Below are positions 23,403 to 41,817 of a stretch of 64,000 nucleotides of DNA, piece by piece. Within the stretch, counting starts at the first letter, position 1. Every line of letters begins with the position of its first letter. Both the position numbers and the translations under genes were made by a program. This stretch comes from the human T2T-CHM13v2.0 reference genome, Homo sapiens: NCBI RefSeq assembly GCF_009914755.1, contig NC_060927.1; one strand, given 5' to 3'. The notes below the pieces were generated by a model that had not been told where the DNA came from, ran no database searches, and saw nothing but the letters and a program-made list of their open reading frames with translations.

Positions 23403-24100
23403 TAATAAGCACTTTCTGTGCCTCAGGTCCTGTGCTAAAGACTCAACATCGACTTAAATTTTCACAATAATCCTAATGAAATAGATACTATCATTGTTAT
23501 CTCAATTTTAAAGATGAAGAAACTAATGCTGAAAGAGCTATTATTTTCCCAAAATTACACAGCTAAAGAAACAATCTGGGACTTCAACCTAGATCTGCGT
23601 CACTCCAGAATTTAAGCTTTCAGTCACTCTGCTCCTCTGCCTCTATCCCTATGTACATAGGTGTGTGTGGTTCTCTTGCAACACAAGTGACTCTTGTACC
23701 AGTCTACTGGCATGGCACCATAATGACAAGCTACTGCATATATAAAATGTACTTCTAATATCACACGTGAAATAAATGTTCTTTGACAGTTCATAATAAA
23801 GTTATTTCTTCAATAGAATCCATAGGCTCAACATAATAAAGTTATTTCTCCTTTTAAAAAAAAAAAGGTTGCACCTAATTTAAAAGTGTTTTTCGATGGG
23901 GCTCTATGGAGCCCAAGAGTTGTCACAGGGGCTGATGGATGACATATGTATGAGTGTGGGCAGGGGAAGGAGAGCACAGTAGGTAGAGGGCTATATCCAA
24001 TCAGCTAGAAGTTATACTTTATTACACTTTTATATGTTTCATAGTTGGGAATTCCATGTTAAATTTTATTTGGAAAAAAAGGTTTTGCTACTTAAAATAG

Positions 24101-24479
<379 letters not shown>

Positions 24480-24751
24480 TGATCCACCCACCTCAGCCTC
24501 CCAAAGTGCTGGGATACAGGCATGAGCCACTGCGCCCGGCTGCCCTCTGTATTTTAGACTTAACAGCAAGAGAGATTTGATACAAAAGAGGTGAAAACCA
24601 TGACTTAACACTTCCTAGAAAATTATCGTGAAAATCCAAAATTTATGATAACTAATTCTATTATGCATATATTAAGGGATTAAACATTTCCCTTTCTTAA
24701 ACACTTCCAGTCTGAAGCAAAATCAAATAGAACAACAAAGTCTGTCAGTAC

Positions 24752-24798
24752 CTGTGGCTGTTGTGTACTTCATGGTTCTTTGCCTCCACACCCATGTC
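24752..24798 (-). CDS. MCCC1: MCCC1 exon 2 (TWVWRQRTMKYTTAT)
   Basis: 47 nt; AG at 24800-24799, GT at 24751-24750; continues the frame from exon 1. Confidence 0.95.
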
Positions 24799-25288
24799 CT
24801 ATAACATAAATCCAAAAGGAATTACAATTAAACAGAATAGGCAACACAATTGTTCTTTCAAAAGAATTTCAGTTTCTTAAAACATGAAACCTTAAGCCAA
24901 CTAACAGTGCTTTAGTAAGACTTTCTTAGTGGGTAGAAAACTAATCTAGAACTCAAGAGTTAGAGTTCTGGCTGTTTTCCCTCGTACTACCTGTCCTTGA
25001 ATGAGTCACCTAGCCTGCTTGTTCCTGAGGCTGGCATAAGACCACAGTCAGAGATGATTAAACAACCAAGGTATACCAACATCATCTAGTTTAGCTTTTT
25101 TGAAACCTTTTTGGCTACAACTCACAATACAAACTACCCAGGACACACACTTAATGAAAACAGATGTTTTGTTAAAAATGACTCATTCTGCCCTGGCCAG
25201 GCACGGTGGCTCACACCTGTAATCCCAGCACTTTGGGAAGCCGAGGCAAGCAGATCATGAGGTCAGGAGATTAAGGCCATCCTGGCTA

Positions 25289-25531
<243 letters not shown>

Positions 25532-26233
25532 CTATTTTATTAAAATATGCTGGTCAATCTACAGTTTGAAAAATACCAATCAAGTTTAAACATGAGACAT
25601 GTTTAAAAAGTAAGACCAGAGAAATAAACGGAAGTTAAACAGGGGCAACAGAAAGAATGTTGGCTGTGGGACCAGAAAAGCTGCATTCTCATCCGAGTCC
25701 CTCCAATGACCAGCTTGCCCAGGGTCGAGTCACTTTACATCAGTGTTTCTCCAACTTTTTTTTCATTATTACTCTCCTAATGAGAAAACTTTTAAAAGAT
25801 TTTATTCCTTGTAGGAAGGGTGGGGTAAGGTTGAGCTTTGGAAAGCCGTAAACCATGACAAAATCTAAGATTTCCTGGCTCTCCTAAGAATCAATTTCCA
25901 CCCTTTAGCGGTGGTATCATCCCAGTTGAGGATGCAAGATTTAATAGCTTGGGCTTCAGTGTTCTCACACACGAGATGAGACTATAAGAGGTGATCTTGA
26001 AGGTACCTCTCAGATTTAAAAGTACTATACAATTCTATTCCAAGTCCTTGTATTTAAAAAAATGGAGAAATGGGGAGACAAAATGACTTGAGGTATTTTA
26101 ATGAGGTAGAAGTCTCAACAATTTTTAAGTTTCGTGATACCTGTGTATAAAATAAAGTAACCAAGAGCTGACAGAAAACAGGCCAGATTCACTTTAGGAA
26201 CAAAAAAGTATAACGTCTATTAAGTTTCAGCTA

Positions 26234-26629
<396 letters not shown>

Positions 26630-27363
26630 TTATAAAGGACTAACTAACCATTTTAGATTATTCACAAAGCACAAGATAAAAGCACAGCGTGTGCATTAGA
26701 AACTATGTAACTAGGCAGTAGTATATACATATTATGTATATGACTATGTAGTTGAGCAGGACTAGTATTTCACTGGAGCGGAGATGCAGTAGACATCTAC
26801 ACATCTATATGCGTCTATACACTCATTGCCCTACAATGCACACTCAGATGCTGCCATCCATGAGGAGCTGCTGGGAAGACCCACAGCTTTGGCAGGAGAG
26901 TTCCGTGAGCTAGCTTCCTCACGAGGCTGCTGCTTTCCCACACCTTTCCATTTCAGCTGATGTTACCTTCTTGATCCTGAAGGAGGGGGATCATCTTTCC
27001 TGATCTTTATGAGGTATTTTCTAGCTCATAGCATCGTCTTCCCTTTACATTCTTCAGATAGGCTTCTGATAAGTTTCAAGGCCTATTCTGGGCAGATGTA
27101 TCTATTAAATGGTTGCTTGTTGGTAAAGCTAGCTTAAGACTGATTCGGTTTCAAGGCTACTGTTGACCTAAAGCTTTCTTTTGCAATCTTCTAGTGAAGA
27201 CAGAAGAAGGGAGAGAGGGAAAAAGAGGCAGAAAGAGACAGAGATCCCACTTAACTGTAATCCACTATCCCAACAATGTTCTGATCATCTATTCCATTTT
27301 TCACAATTATCTAAGCTGCAACTTAAAAGCAATGGCTTAAACAAGATTAAGAAGCTGCTTCCC

Positions 27364-27450
27364 CGGAGCTTGCAGTGAGCCGAGATTGCGCCACTGCAGT
27401 CCGCAGTCCGGCCTGGGCGACAGAGCGAGACTCCGTCTCAAAAAAAAAAA
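27364..27450 (+). mobile_element. 5'-truncated AluYb8/Yb9-type insertion in MCCC1 intron 1
   Basis: Diagnostic ccactgcagtccgcagtccggcctggg; perfect 15-bp TSD aagaagctgcttccc at 27349-27363 and 27451-27465. Confidence 0.9.
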
Positions 27451-28045
27451 AAGAAGCTGCTTCCCTGATTCAAGGTAGCTCTATACCAGCTTATGGTCAT
27501 GTCTATAATTCTGCCACCAGAGATTATTTTCTGTGAGCTACTAAAGATTCATAACATAAAAATAATGTAAACTATCTGTGCTGTTAAGATTTTTTTGTTT
27601 TTGTTTTATTTGAGATGGGATGTCACCCAGGATGGAGTACAGTGGTGTGATCATGGCTCACTACGGCCTGGAACCCCTGGACTCAGGCCGTCCTCGCCCT
27701 CCTCATCCTCCCAAGTAGCTGTGACTACAAGTGTGTGCCACTACGCCTGGCTAATTTTTTAATGTTTTGTAGAGATGAAGCCTCACTGTGTTGCCCAGGC
27801 TGGTCTTGAACTCTTGAACTCAAGCAATCCTCCCACCTTGGATCCCACAGTGCTGAGAAACTGCTGAAAATACAGGCATGAACCAAGTCTCCTGGCAAAG
27901 AGTTTTACTTCTATAAGCCATTAACAACTCTAACACTCTCCAGAGTGACATACTTGAGGACAGTTCTTTAGACAATAGCTAAGCTTTGAAAGGGAAGACA
28001 GGAAATGGGTCTATGGTACTATCCTGAAGAGCCCTGGAGGCCTAA

Positions 28046-28421
<376 letters not shown>

Positions 28422-29199
28422 AACTTCCAACAACTTTCTTATGTTTCTCTGGGGCACTCCTACAATTAAGTAACTAAAAAGGGCATCTACAATATTTCTG
28501 GAAAATAAAAGCAAGCAAACGTTCATATAAATGGTTGAGTTTGCATTTATAGACTGATCTTATGTACCAGATTGTGCTTAAACCTCATTCCATGAATTAA
28601 TTCATTTAGTTTTCACAACCCAAGGTACTCGTATCATCTCCAAGGTGAGGAAATTAAAGAAGAAATATTAAGTAACTTACCCAAAGTCACACACCTAGTG
28701 AGTAGCTAACTAAGACCTCAGCCTTGACTGCAGAGTCTGTGCCCTTGAACACTAAACTGTCAATCTTTCCAGAATGATGAAGGATGATAACGATGAAGCA
28801 AAAGAAGACAAAGAAGCAAAGCTATCTACAAGCCTGAGGGTTTTTTCACTGCCAGAGTTATTGCCACCAAAGCTTAGAGCTCAAAATTTGAAACAGAGCT
28901 GGAGTCAGGTGAGCTAGACTGAGTCATCTGATAGCGTTGTTCAAACTTGGGTACAAGAGTTTTTGACAAAATAATTTCCCAGCTCTGTGGAAGGTACATT
29001 TGCTCTTCTTGACAACTTCACTCTTCTAACAATGAGAAGGAACTCCAGGAGTCTTTCTCTGAACTGGACACCTGATGGGGCACAGCTGAACTGAAAAATG
29101 GCTTTGAGGGCATCCCGGCCCCATTTCTTACTAGCTGTGTTTCGTTGAGGAAGTCGTTGATCCCTTTGGGCTTCCCCGGAACCGGATTATAACAACGCT

Positions 29200-29948
<749 letters not shown>

Positions 29949-30907
29949 TCACTGTTTCTTCCTGCATCCCGTGGGGTTTCTTCGCTCTCGTCACCTTCTG
30001 GGAGAAGAACCCTGGGGAAGAAGCCAAATGCGGATGGACAGCAGGATACACAATTCTCTAGTGCTCTCAGGGATGAAAAAATAAATAAGCTAAAGTGAAA
30101 ATCTTTAAACCACCTGAGCTTAAAACAGGTATTCTAACTGACTATTGGGAAAAAGAGGAAGTCAAAGAGCAAACTGAGGAACATCTAGAGAATAAAGAAA
30201 CTGTAAACACTACATGTAGATGCTTCATGAGGAAAGCAGGAGGGAGAAATTAGGGAAGATAAAGGAATAAATAAATGAATTCAGGAAACCAGTGTCAAAG
30301 GACTAATAAACCCACAGGTTCACAAAAAATAAAATAGTTATCTAATCAGAAATAGAGAAAAATGCACATTTGACATGATTTAAAAAACAAGCAGGGGAAA
30401 ATCACAGACACAGGAAACAAATTATAGATTTGTAAGATGCTAATTTTGCTTAACTTCAAGTGAACTTAAAACTCTGGATGAAATGGATGATGTTACAAGA
30501 AAATACAATTTATCAAAATAGATCCTGGAAGAGACAAAATTTAAGCAAACCGTTACCACAGAAAAAATAGAGAAGTTTATCAAAGAACTATCCTTGCTAC
30601 CACCATGGCCCACTTTCACCTTCACCTTCACCCCTAAAAGTTACAAAAGCCCTCCATGTCTTGCAAGAAAATTCCACACAAATGAGTAATTGACTCAAAT
30701 GCTATTAATTCTGTCCCAGAGCACAAAAAAGATGGAAGTCTTCCAAACTCTTTTTAAAAAGTAAACATAACTTTGATACCAAAATCAACAAAGATATCAC
30801 GCACACACACACGACAGACCAATTTCACATGTAAGTATCAGTGGAAAAATTCTAAATAAAATATTAACTACGCTGGGTGCTGTGGCTCATGTCTTGTAAC
30901 CCCCCAT

Positions 30908-32299
30908 TGAGATGTGACAGCGTGCTGGCAGTCCTCAGAACCCTCGCTTGCTCTCGGCACCTCCCCTGCCTGGGCTCCCACTTTGGTGGCATTTGAGGAG
31001 CCCTTCAGTCCCCCACTGCACTGTGGGAGCCCCTTTCTGGGCTGGCCAAGGCCGGAGCCCACTCCCTCAGCTTGCAGGGAGGTGTGGAGGGAGAGACACG
31101 AGCGGGAACTGGGGCTGTGTGCGGCACTTGCGGGCCAGCTGGAGTTCCGGGTGGGCGTGGGCTTGGTGGGCCCCGCACTCAGAACAGCCAGCCAGCCCTG
31201 CTGACCCCGGGCAATGGGGGACTTAGCACCCGGGCCAGTGGCTGCGGAGGGTGTACTGAGTCCCCCAGCAGTGCTGGCCCACCGGCGCTGCGCTCGATTT
31301 CTCGCCGGGCCTTGGCTGCCTTCCCACGGGGCAGGGCTCGGGACCTGCAGCCCGCCATGCCTGAACCTCCCACCCACTCCATGGGCTCCTGTGCGGCCCA
31401 AGCCTCCCCGATGAGCGCCACCCCCTGCTCCACGGCGCCCAGTCCCATCGACCGCCCAAGAGCTGAGGAATGCGAGCGCACGGCGGCGCAGGACTGGCAG
31501 GCAGCTCCACCTGCAGCCCCGGTGCGGGATCCACTAGGTGAAGCCAGCTGGGCTCCTGAGTCTGGTGGGGACGTGGAGAGTCTTTATATCTAGCTCAGGG
31601 ATTGTAAATACACCAGTCAGCACCCTGTGTTTAGCTCAAGGTTTGTGAATGCACCAATCGACACTCTGTATCTAGCTGCTCTGGTGGGGCCTTGGAGAAC
31701 CTGTGTGTCGAAACTCTGTATCTAACTAATCTGATGGGGACGTGGAGAACCTTTGTATCTAGCTCAGGGATTGTAAACGCACCAATCAGCACCCTGACAA
31801 AACAGGCCACTGGGCTCTACCAATCAGCAGGATGTGGGTGGGGCCAGATAAGAGAATAAAAGCAGGCTGCCCAAACCAGCATTGGCAACCTGCTCGGGTC
31901 CCATTCCACGCTGTGGAAGCTTTGTTCTTTCGCTCTTTGCAATAAATCTTGCTACTGCTCACTCTTTGGGTCCACGCTGCTTTTATGAGCTGTAACACTT
32001 ATCACGAAGATCTGCAGCTTCACTCCTGAGCCCAGCGAGACCACGAGCCCACCGGGAGGAACGAACAACTCCGGACACGCTGCCTTAAGAGCTGTAACAC
32101 TCACCGCGAAGGTCTGCAGCTTCACTCCTGAGCCAGTGAGACCACGAACCCACCAGAAGGAAGAAACTCCGAACACATCTGAACATCAGAAGGGACAGAC
32201 TCCAGACGCGCCGCCTTAAGAGCTGTAACACTCACCGCGAGGGTGTGCAGCTTCATTCTTGAAGTCAGTGAGACCAAGAACCCACCAATTTCGGACACG
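30908..32299 (+). mobile_element. LTR12 (ERV9) solo LTR, LTR12C-like, inserted into an Alu
   Basis: Begins tgagatgtgacagcgtgctggc and ends ccaatttcggacac; 4-bp TSD CCAT at 30904-30907 and 32300-32303; host Alu split at 30871-30907 / 32300-32575. Confidence 0.93.
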
Positions 32300-32918
32300 C
32301 CATCACTTTGGGAGGCCGAGGTGGGCCTCCCAAACTGCTTAAGCCTAGGAGTTTGAGACCAGCCTGGGCAATATAGTGAGACCCGCATCTGCACAAACAT
32401 TTTTTTAAAAAAACTGGGCGTAATGATGCACACTTGTAGTCCCAGCTACTCGGGAGACTGAGGCAGGATCACTTGAGCCCAGGAGTTTGAAGCTGCAATG
32501 AGCTCTTATCATGCCACTATACTCCAGCCTGGGTAACAGAGTGAGAGAATGTCTCCAAAAAAGAAGCAAAAAAAATAACTGAAGTATCCTGTAGCATGTG
32601 AAAAGAATAACACACTGTAAATAAGCAAGGTTTATTCCAGAAGTATAAGGATGATTCACTATTAAGAAATCAATTAATAAAATGAATATTAAGAGTTTAA
32701 AAGAGAAAAACTTATATTCACAGAGGCTTAATAGGTCATTGACAAAATCTGACGTTCATTCTAGATTTTAAAACTCAGTAATTCAAGAAGTGATTGGGAC
32801 CAGTGATTAGCCCTCTGGAAAAAAAAGCTGGATCCCTGCTTACTTCTTACACCTAACACCAAAATATTCCAAGTAGATGAAAGATTAAATATAAAAGATG
32901 AAAGCATAAAAGTTCTAG

Positions 32919-33137
<219 letters not shown>

Positions 33138-33174
33138 TAGCTCATTTTTTGTATTTTTAGTAGAGACGAGGTTT

Positions 33175-34501
33175 TGTGTCTGGAATTGGTGGGTTCTTGG
33201 TCTCACTGACTTCAAGAATGAAACCGCAGATCCTCGCGGTGAGTGTTACAGCTCTTAAGGTGGCGCGTCTGGAGTTTGTTCCTTCTGATGTTTGGATGTG
33301 TTCGGAGTTTTTTCCTTCTGGTGGGTTCCTGGTCTCACTAGCTCAGGCAGGAGTGAAGCTGCAGACCTTTGCAGTGTTACAGCTCATAAAGGCAATGTGG
33401 ACCCAAAGAGTGAGCAGCCGCAGGATTTATTGCAAAGAGCGAAAGAACAAAGCTTCCACAGTGTGGAAGCAGACCCGAGCGGGTTGGCACTACTCGCTCT
33501 GGGCAGCCTGCTTTTATTCTCTTATCTGGCCCCACCCACATCCTGCTGATTGGTAGAGCCCAGTGGTCTGTTTTGACAGGGCACTGATTGGTGCGTTTAC
33601 AATCCCTGAGCTAGACACAAAGGTTCTCCACGTCCCCAGCCTGGAGACGTGGAGATTAGCCTAGATTAGCTAGATACGGAGTATCCACACAAAGGTTCTC
33701 CAAGCCCCCACCAGAGCAGCTAGATACAGAGTGTCAATTGGTGCATTCACAAACCCTGAGCTAGACACAGGGTGCTGATTGGTGTGTTTACAAACCTTGG
33801 TGTATTTACAATCCCTGAGCTAGACGTAAAGGTTCTCCACGTCCCCACCAGACTCAGGAGTCCAGGTGGCTTCACCCAGTGGGTCCGGCACTGGGGCTGC
33901 AGGTGGAGCTGCCTGCCAGTCCCGCGCCGTGCGCCCGCACTCCTCAGCCCTTGGGTGGTCGATGGGACTGGGCGCTGTGGAGCAGGGGGCGGCGCTCATC
34001 GGGAAGGCTCGGGCCGCACAAGAGCCCACGGAGCGGGGGGAGGCTCAGGCATGGCGGGCTGCAGGTCCCGAGCCCTGCCCCGCGGGGAGGCAGCCAAGGC
34101 CCGGCGAGAAATCCAGCGCAGCGCCGGTGGGCCGGCACTGCTGGGGGACCCAGTACACCCTCCGCAGCCGCTGGCCCGGGTGCTAAGCCCCTCATTGCCC
34201 CGGGCCGGCAGGGCCGGCCGGCTGCTCCGAGTGCGAGGCCCACCAAGCCTACGCCCACCCGGAACTCCAGCTGGCCCGCAAGCGCCGCGCGCAGCCCCGG
34301 TTCCCGCTCGCACCTCTCCCTCCACACCTCCCTGCAAGCTGAGGGAGCCAGCTCCGGCCTTGGCCAGCCTAGAAAGGGGCTCCCACAGTGCAGCGGTGGG
34401 CTGAAGGGCTCCTCAAGTGCCGCCAAACTGGGAGCCCAGGCAGAAGAGGCGCCGAGAGCGAGCGAGGGCTGTGAGGACTGCCAGCACGCTGTCACCTCTC
34501 A
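33175..34501 (-). mobile_element. LTR12 (ERV9) solo LTR, LTR12C-like, inserted into an Alu
   Basis: tgtgtctggaattgg...gtcacctctca on +; 4-bp TSD GTTT at 33171-33174 and 34502-34505; host Alu split at 32952-33174 / 34502-34607. Confidence 0.93.
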
Positions 34502-35233
34502 GTTTCACCATGTTGGCCAAGCTGTCTCGAACTCCTGACCTAAACTGATCTACCCGCCTTGGCCTCCGAAAGTGCTGGGATTACAGGCATGAGCCACTGT
34601 GCCCAGCCAGAGAAAGCTTCTCTAAGTATAACACAATACTCAGAAGCTATAATGGAAAAAAAAGGAAGGATAGCTTCAACTACATGAAAAAGTTTTAAAA
34701 TCTGCACAGCAAAACATACACATAGAGAAAGTCAAACAGCAGACGGAATAATTTTGCAACTCTTATCACAGATGAAGGGCTACTTTCCTTAATATATAAA
34801 GAACTATAAACCGATAAGAAAAAAGATCTGTAATGAAAGAGAAAATGGTCAAAGAATATGAGGAATTCACAGAATAGAAAAAGTAAGCAAATATAAAACA
34901 TACTTAATCTCACACCAAATAAGAGAAATACAATAATAATACACCATACTTCACCTATCATATTAGCAGATAACATAAAGTTTAGCACACTGTAATTAGT
35001 GAGGGGTGTGGGAATATTATCACACTTTACTGTTGCAAGTAAAAATTGGCACAACCATTCTGCATAGTACTTTTACAATATTTATCAAAATTGCAAATCC
35101 ACAAACTCTTTGACCTAGCAAAAGAATTTCTTGGAATTCACCTACAGATATACCCAAAGATGTTTGAAATGATATATGATTAAGGAAATTTATTATAGCA
35201 TTGTTGGAAATAGCAAACTGATTAAAGAAACTA

Positions 35234-35569
<336 letters not shown>

Positions 35570-35841
35570 TTACTATGCAGTCATTAAAAAAGAATGAGAC
35601 AGAGCAATATGTACTCATAAAACACACTGATGAGTGAAAAAAGCAAAATAAAAAACCATGATTATTATTTCATCATTTATGTAAAAATAGGAGAAAGAAA
35701 ATTCCCATATGCTTATATATGTAGAAATATCCTCTAGGCAAGAAAAGTTGTTGGCTTGAGGACAGAGATGATGGAGGTGAATATTTATTGTACACCCTTT
35801 TGCATCTTTTGCGTTTCGTACCTTAGGCCTGTATTAGCTAT

Positions 35842-37149
<1,308 letters not shown>

Positions 37150-37278
37150 TGATGCCTTTTTTTTTACCTCTAACTATGTCACTGCATATTTCCTAAAACA
37201 AGGAGATTTTATCACTTGCCCACAGAATATTTTTGAAGATTGTGAAGTTAACACTGATACATACTATTATTTATTCTA

Positions 37279-37675
<397 letters not shown>

Positions 37676-37772
37676 TTAGGTCACTTAATTTGTATTGATT
37701 CCTCTGTTTTGTTTTTATTATTATTATTATTATTATTATTTGTTGTTGTTGTTGTTGTTGTTGTTGAAATGA

Positions 37773-37991
<219 letters not shown>

Positions 37992-39139
37992 TGATCCGCC
38001 CGCCTCAGTCTCCCAAAGTGCTGGGATTACAGGTGTGAGCCACTGCACCCAGCCTGATTCCTCCGTTTTTAAAAAGATGCTGATGATGCTGATATTTTTT
38101 ATGAATACAGGCCAGTTGTTTTGTACAATATCCTTGAATTTGGGTTTGCCAAAAATAAAATCAGATTAAATTTAAATTCTCAAAAAGATTATTGAGCATA
38201 CAAAATAACAGTTCCCAAACTAGAGACCTCTGTGCAGCTTCCTAAATGAGGAAGTACGTTGATCTCTGTTGTGCAAATAAAGCTGCATAAGCTTGTTTGT
38301 ATTGGCTTAATGTTATTACGCTGACAAGGAAGAAAAAGTGTGTTATGGTTAGGGCTAGCATTTTCAGGGAAATCAGGATAGTTTAGGTTTTGACTACACA
38401 TGGCTGTGGGTTGTTGGCCTAGGGAAATATCCAAACTGTGGCCTCCAATTTTATTTTTCTTTAACCTGTTCATCTGGTATTTCCTCATGATTAGATTTAG
38501 GTTATTAGATTTAGGTAATTAGATTCCTCCCTTTTGGCAGGAATACCACAGAAGTGATGTCATACCCATTTCAGTGCATCATATCTGGAGCTACAAAATG
38601 TGAGTTTGTTCCATGATGTTAACTTTATCACTTGATTAAATTGGTGTCTGCCAGGTTTCCTCACTGTAAATATTTTTTTTTGACATTCCATATGGTTTTG
38701 TCTCCGAGAGGTAGAATTGTGTTTCATTCTCCGCCACTCCTTTTCAACATTACTTCTGAATAATTTTCTGCACTTCGCAAAGTTCTACAAGAAACAGACA
38801 TGACTTTAACAAGAAGTAATGTTTAAATCTGACTGAAGAAAATACTGGGGGGAGGAAGTGGAAGTGGAGGTACAGAGTTAGAAGCTGGTGTGCTGTTCTC
38901 TCTATAACTCCACCCACTGATCCTGTTTTAGATCAGGCATGATTATTTCCAATTTCTGGGGCAAGGGCAGTTATACTGATCCATCATCCTCGCACTTGCT
39001 CCAACCGAAGTGTAGAACAGCCCCAGTAGCCTCTTTGGTGTTCAATAGGTATATCTGGGATAAAACTAAAGCCCAAAGGAATGACCCATTACAGCATCAT
39101 ATGTATTGAAGGACTTTGATATGCTGGGTTTTTAAAAAA

Positions 39140-41225
39140 TTTTTCTTTTAGGTTCGGGGCTACACATGCAGGTTTGTGGGGTTTTTTGTTTGTTTGTTTT
39201 GTTTTTGTTTTTGAGATGGAGTTTTCCTCTTTGTTGCCCAAGCTGGAGTGCAGTGGCGCGATCTCGGCTCACTACAACCTCCGCCTCCTGGATTCAAGTG
39301 ATTCTTCTGTCTCAGCCTCCCAGGTAGCTGGGATTACAGGCGCCGGCCACCATGCCCAGCTAATTTTTGTATTTTTAGTAGAGACGGGGTTTCACCATGT
39401 TGCCCAGGCTGGTCTTGAACTCTTGACATCTGGTGATCCGCCCACCTCGACCTCCGAAAGTGCTGGGATTACAGGCGTGAGCCACCGTGCCTGGCCATGT
39501 GTAGGTTATTTATATGGGTATATTGCATGCTGCTGAGGTTTAGCGTACAAATGATCCCGTCACCCTGGTGAGCATAGTACCTGATAGTTCTTCAACTATT
39601 GCCTCCCTCCCACCATCTCTCCTCTGGTGGTACCCAGTGCCTATTGTTCTAATGTTTGTATAGATGTGTATTGAACGTTTAGCTCCCACTTGTAAGTGAG
39701 AACATGTGGTATTTGGTTTTCTGTTCCCATGTTAATTCGCTTAGGATAGTGGCCTCCAGCTGCATCCATGTTGCTGCAAAGGACATGATTTCTTTCTTTT
39801 TTATGGTTGTGTAGTATTCCATAGTAAATATGTACCACATTTTCTTTTCCAGTCCACTGTTGATGGGCACCTAGGTTGACTCCGTGTCTTTGCTATTGTG
39901 AATGGTGCTGTGATGAACATATGAGTGTGTGTGTCTCTTTGGTAGAATGATTTATATTCCTTTGGGTATATATCCGATAATGGGATTGCTGGGTCATATG
40001 GTAGTTCTGTTTTAAGTTCTTTGAGAAATCTCCAAACTGATTTCCACAGTGGCTGAACTAATTTACATTCCCACCAGCAGTGTATAAACGTTCCCTTTTC
40101 TCTACAGCCTCACTGTCTGTTATGTTTTTGACTTTTTAATAATGGCCATTCTGATTGGTACAAGATGGATCTCATTGTGATTTTGATTTGTATTTCTCTA
40201 ATGATTAGTGATATTGAGAATTTTTTTCATATATTTGTTGGCTGCATGTATGTCCTCTTTTGAGAAGTGTCTGTTCATGTCCTTTGCCCATTTTTAATAG
40301 GATTGTCTTTTGCTAGTTTAATTAAGTTCCCTATAGATTCTGGGTATTAGACCTTTGTCAGATGCCTAATTTGCAAATATTTTCTCCCATTCTGTAGGTT
40401 ATCTGTGCATTCTGTTGATGGTTCTTTTGCTGTGTAGAAGCTCTGTAGTTTAATTAGGTCCTACCTGTCGATGTTTGGTTTTGTTGCCATTGCTTTTGGA
40501 GACTTAGTCACAAATCTTTTGCCAAGGCTGATGTTCAGAATGGTATTTTCTAGGTATTCTTCCAGGACTTTTATAATTTTAGATCCCTTTAGTCACAATT
40601 TTTTTTTTTTTTTTTTGAGACAGAGTCTCACTCTGTCACCCAGGCTGGAGTGCAGTGCCGCTATCTCAGCTCACTGTGAGCTCCGCCTCCCAGGTTCACG
40701 CCATTCTCCTGCCTCAGCCTCCTGAGTAGCTGGGACTACAGGCGCCCGCCACTACGCCTGGCTAATTTTTTGTATTTTTTAGTGGAGACGGGGTTTCACT
40801 GTGTTAGTCAGAATGGTCTCGATCTCCTGACCCCATGATCCGCCCACCTCAGCCTCCCAGAGTGATGGGATTACAGGCGTAAGCCACCGCACCCGGCCTA
40901 GTCACAAATTTTTTGCCAAGGCTGATGTTCAGAATGGTATTTTCTAGGTATTCTTCTAGGACTTCTATAGTTTTAGATCTTATATTTAAGTCTTTAATCC
41001 ATCTTGGGTTAATTTTTGTGTATGGAGAAAGGTAGGGATCTAGTTTCAATCTTCTGCATATGGCTAGCCGGTTATCACAGCACCATTTATTGAATAGGGA
41101 GTCCTTTCCCCATTGCTTATTATTATTAACTCTGTTGAAGATCAGATGATTGTAGGTATGCAGCTTTATTTCTGGATTCTCTATTCTGCTCCATTGGTCT
41201 ATGCATCTGTTTTTGTACCAGTACA
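39140..41225 (-). mobile_element. L1 (L1PB-like) 3' portion interrupted by two Alus
   Basis: ORFs 40849..41226 (WYKNR.IDQW.RIENPEI) and 39679..39870 resemble the L1 ORF2 C-terminus. Confidence 0.88.
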
Positions 41226-41505
41226 ATTTGACATGCTTTTTAATGATGATAAAGATGTTTACATATGTATTATATCATCAGGACTGCTGTTTGCTTGTGT
41301 CTCTTTGGGAAAATTATATAAGAGTTCCTTATTCTCCTGGAACAGGCAAACTCAGGACAGGATACACAGCATGGTAAGTCGAGTACAAGTCTGGATTTCC
41401 GCTTCTGTCAACCCCTTTGGCTGGGAACCCCAATGCAATACGCAGCACCCTGTATTTGTTACCTTACAGGGTCATTGTGAAGATTAAATAAGTTATGTCA
41501 AATGA

Positions 41506-41817
<312 letters not shown>

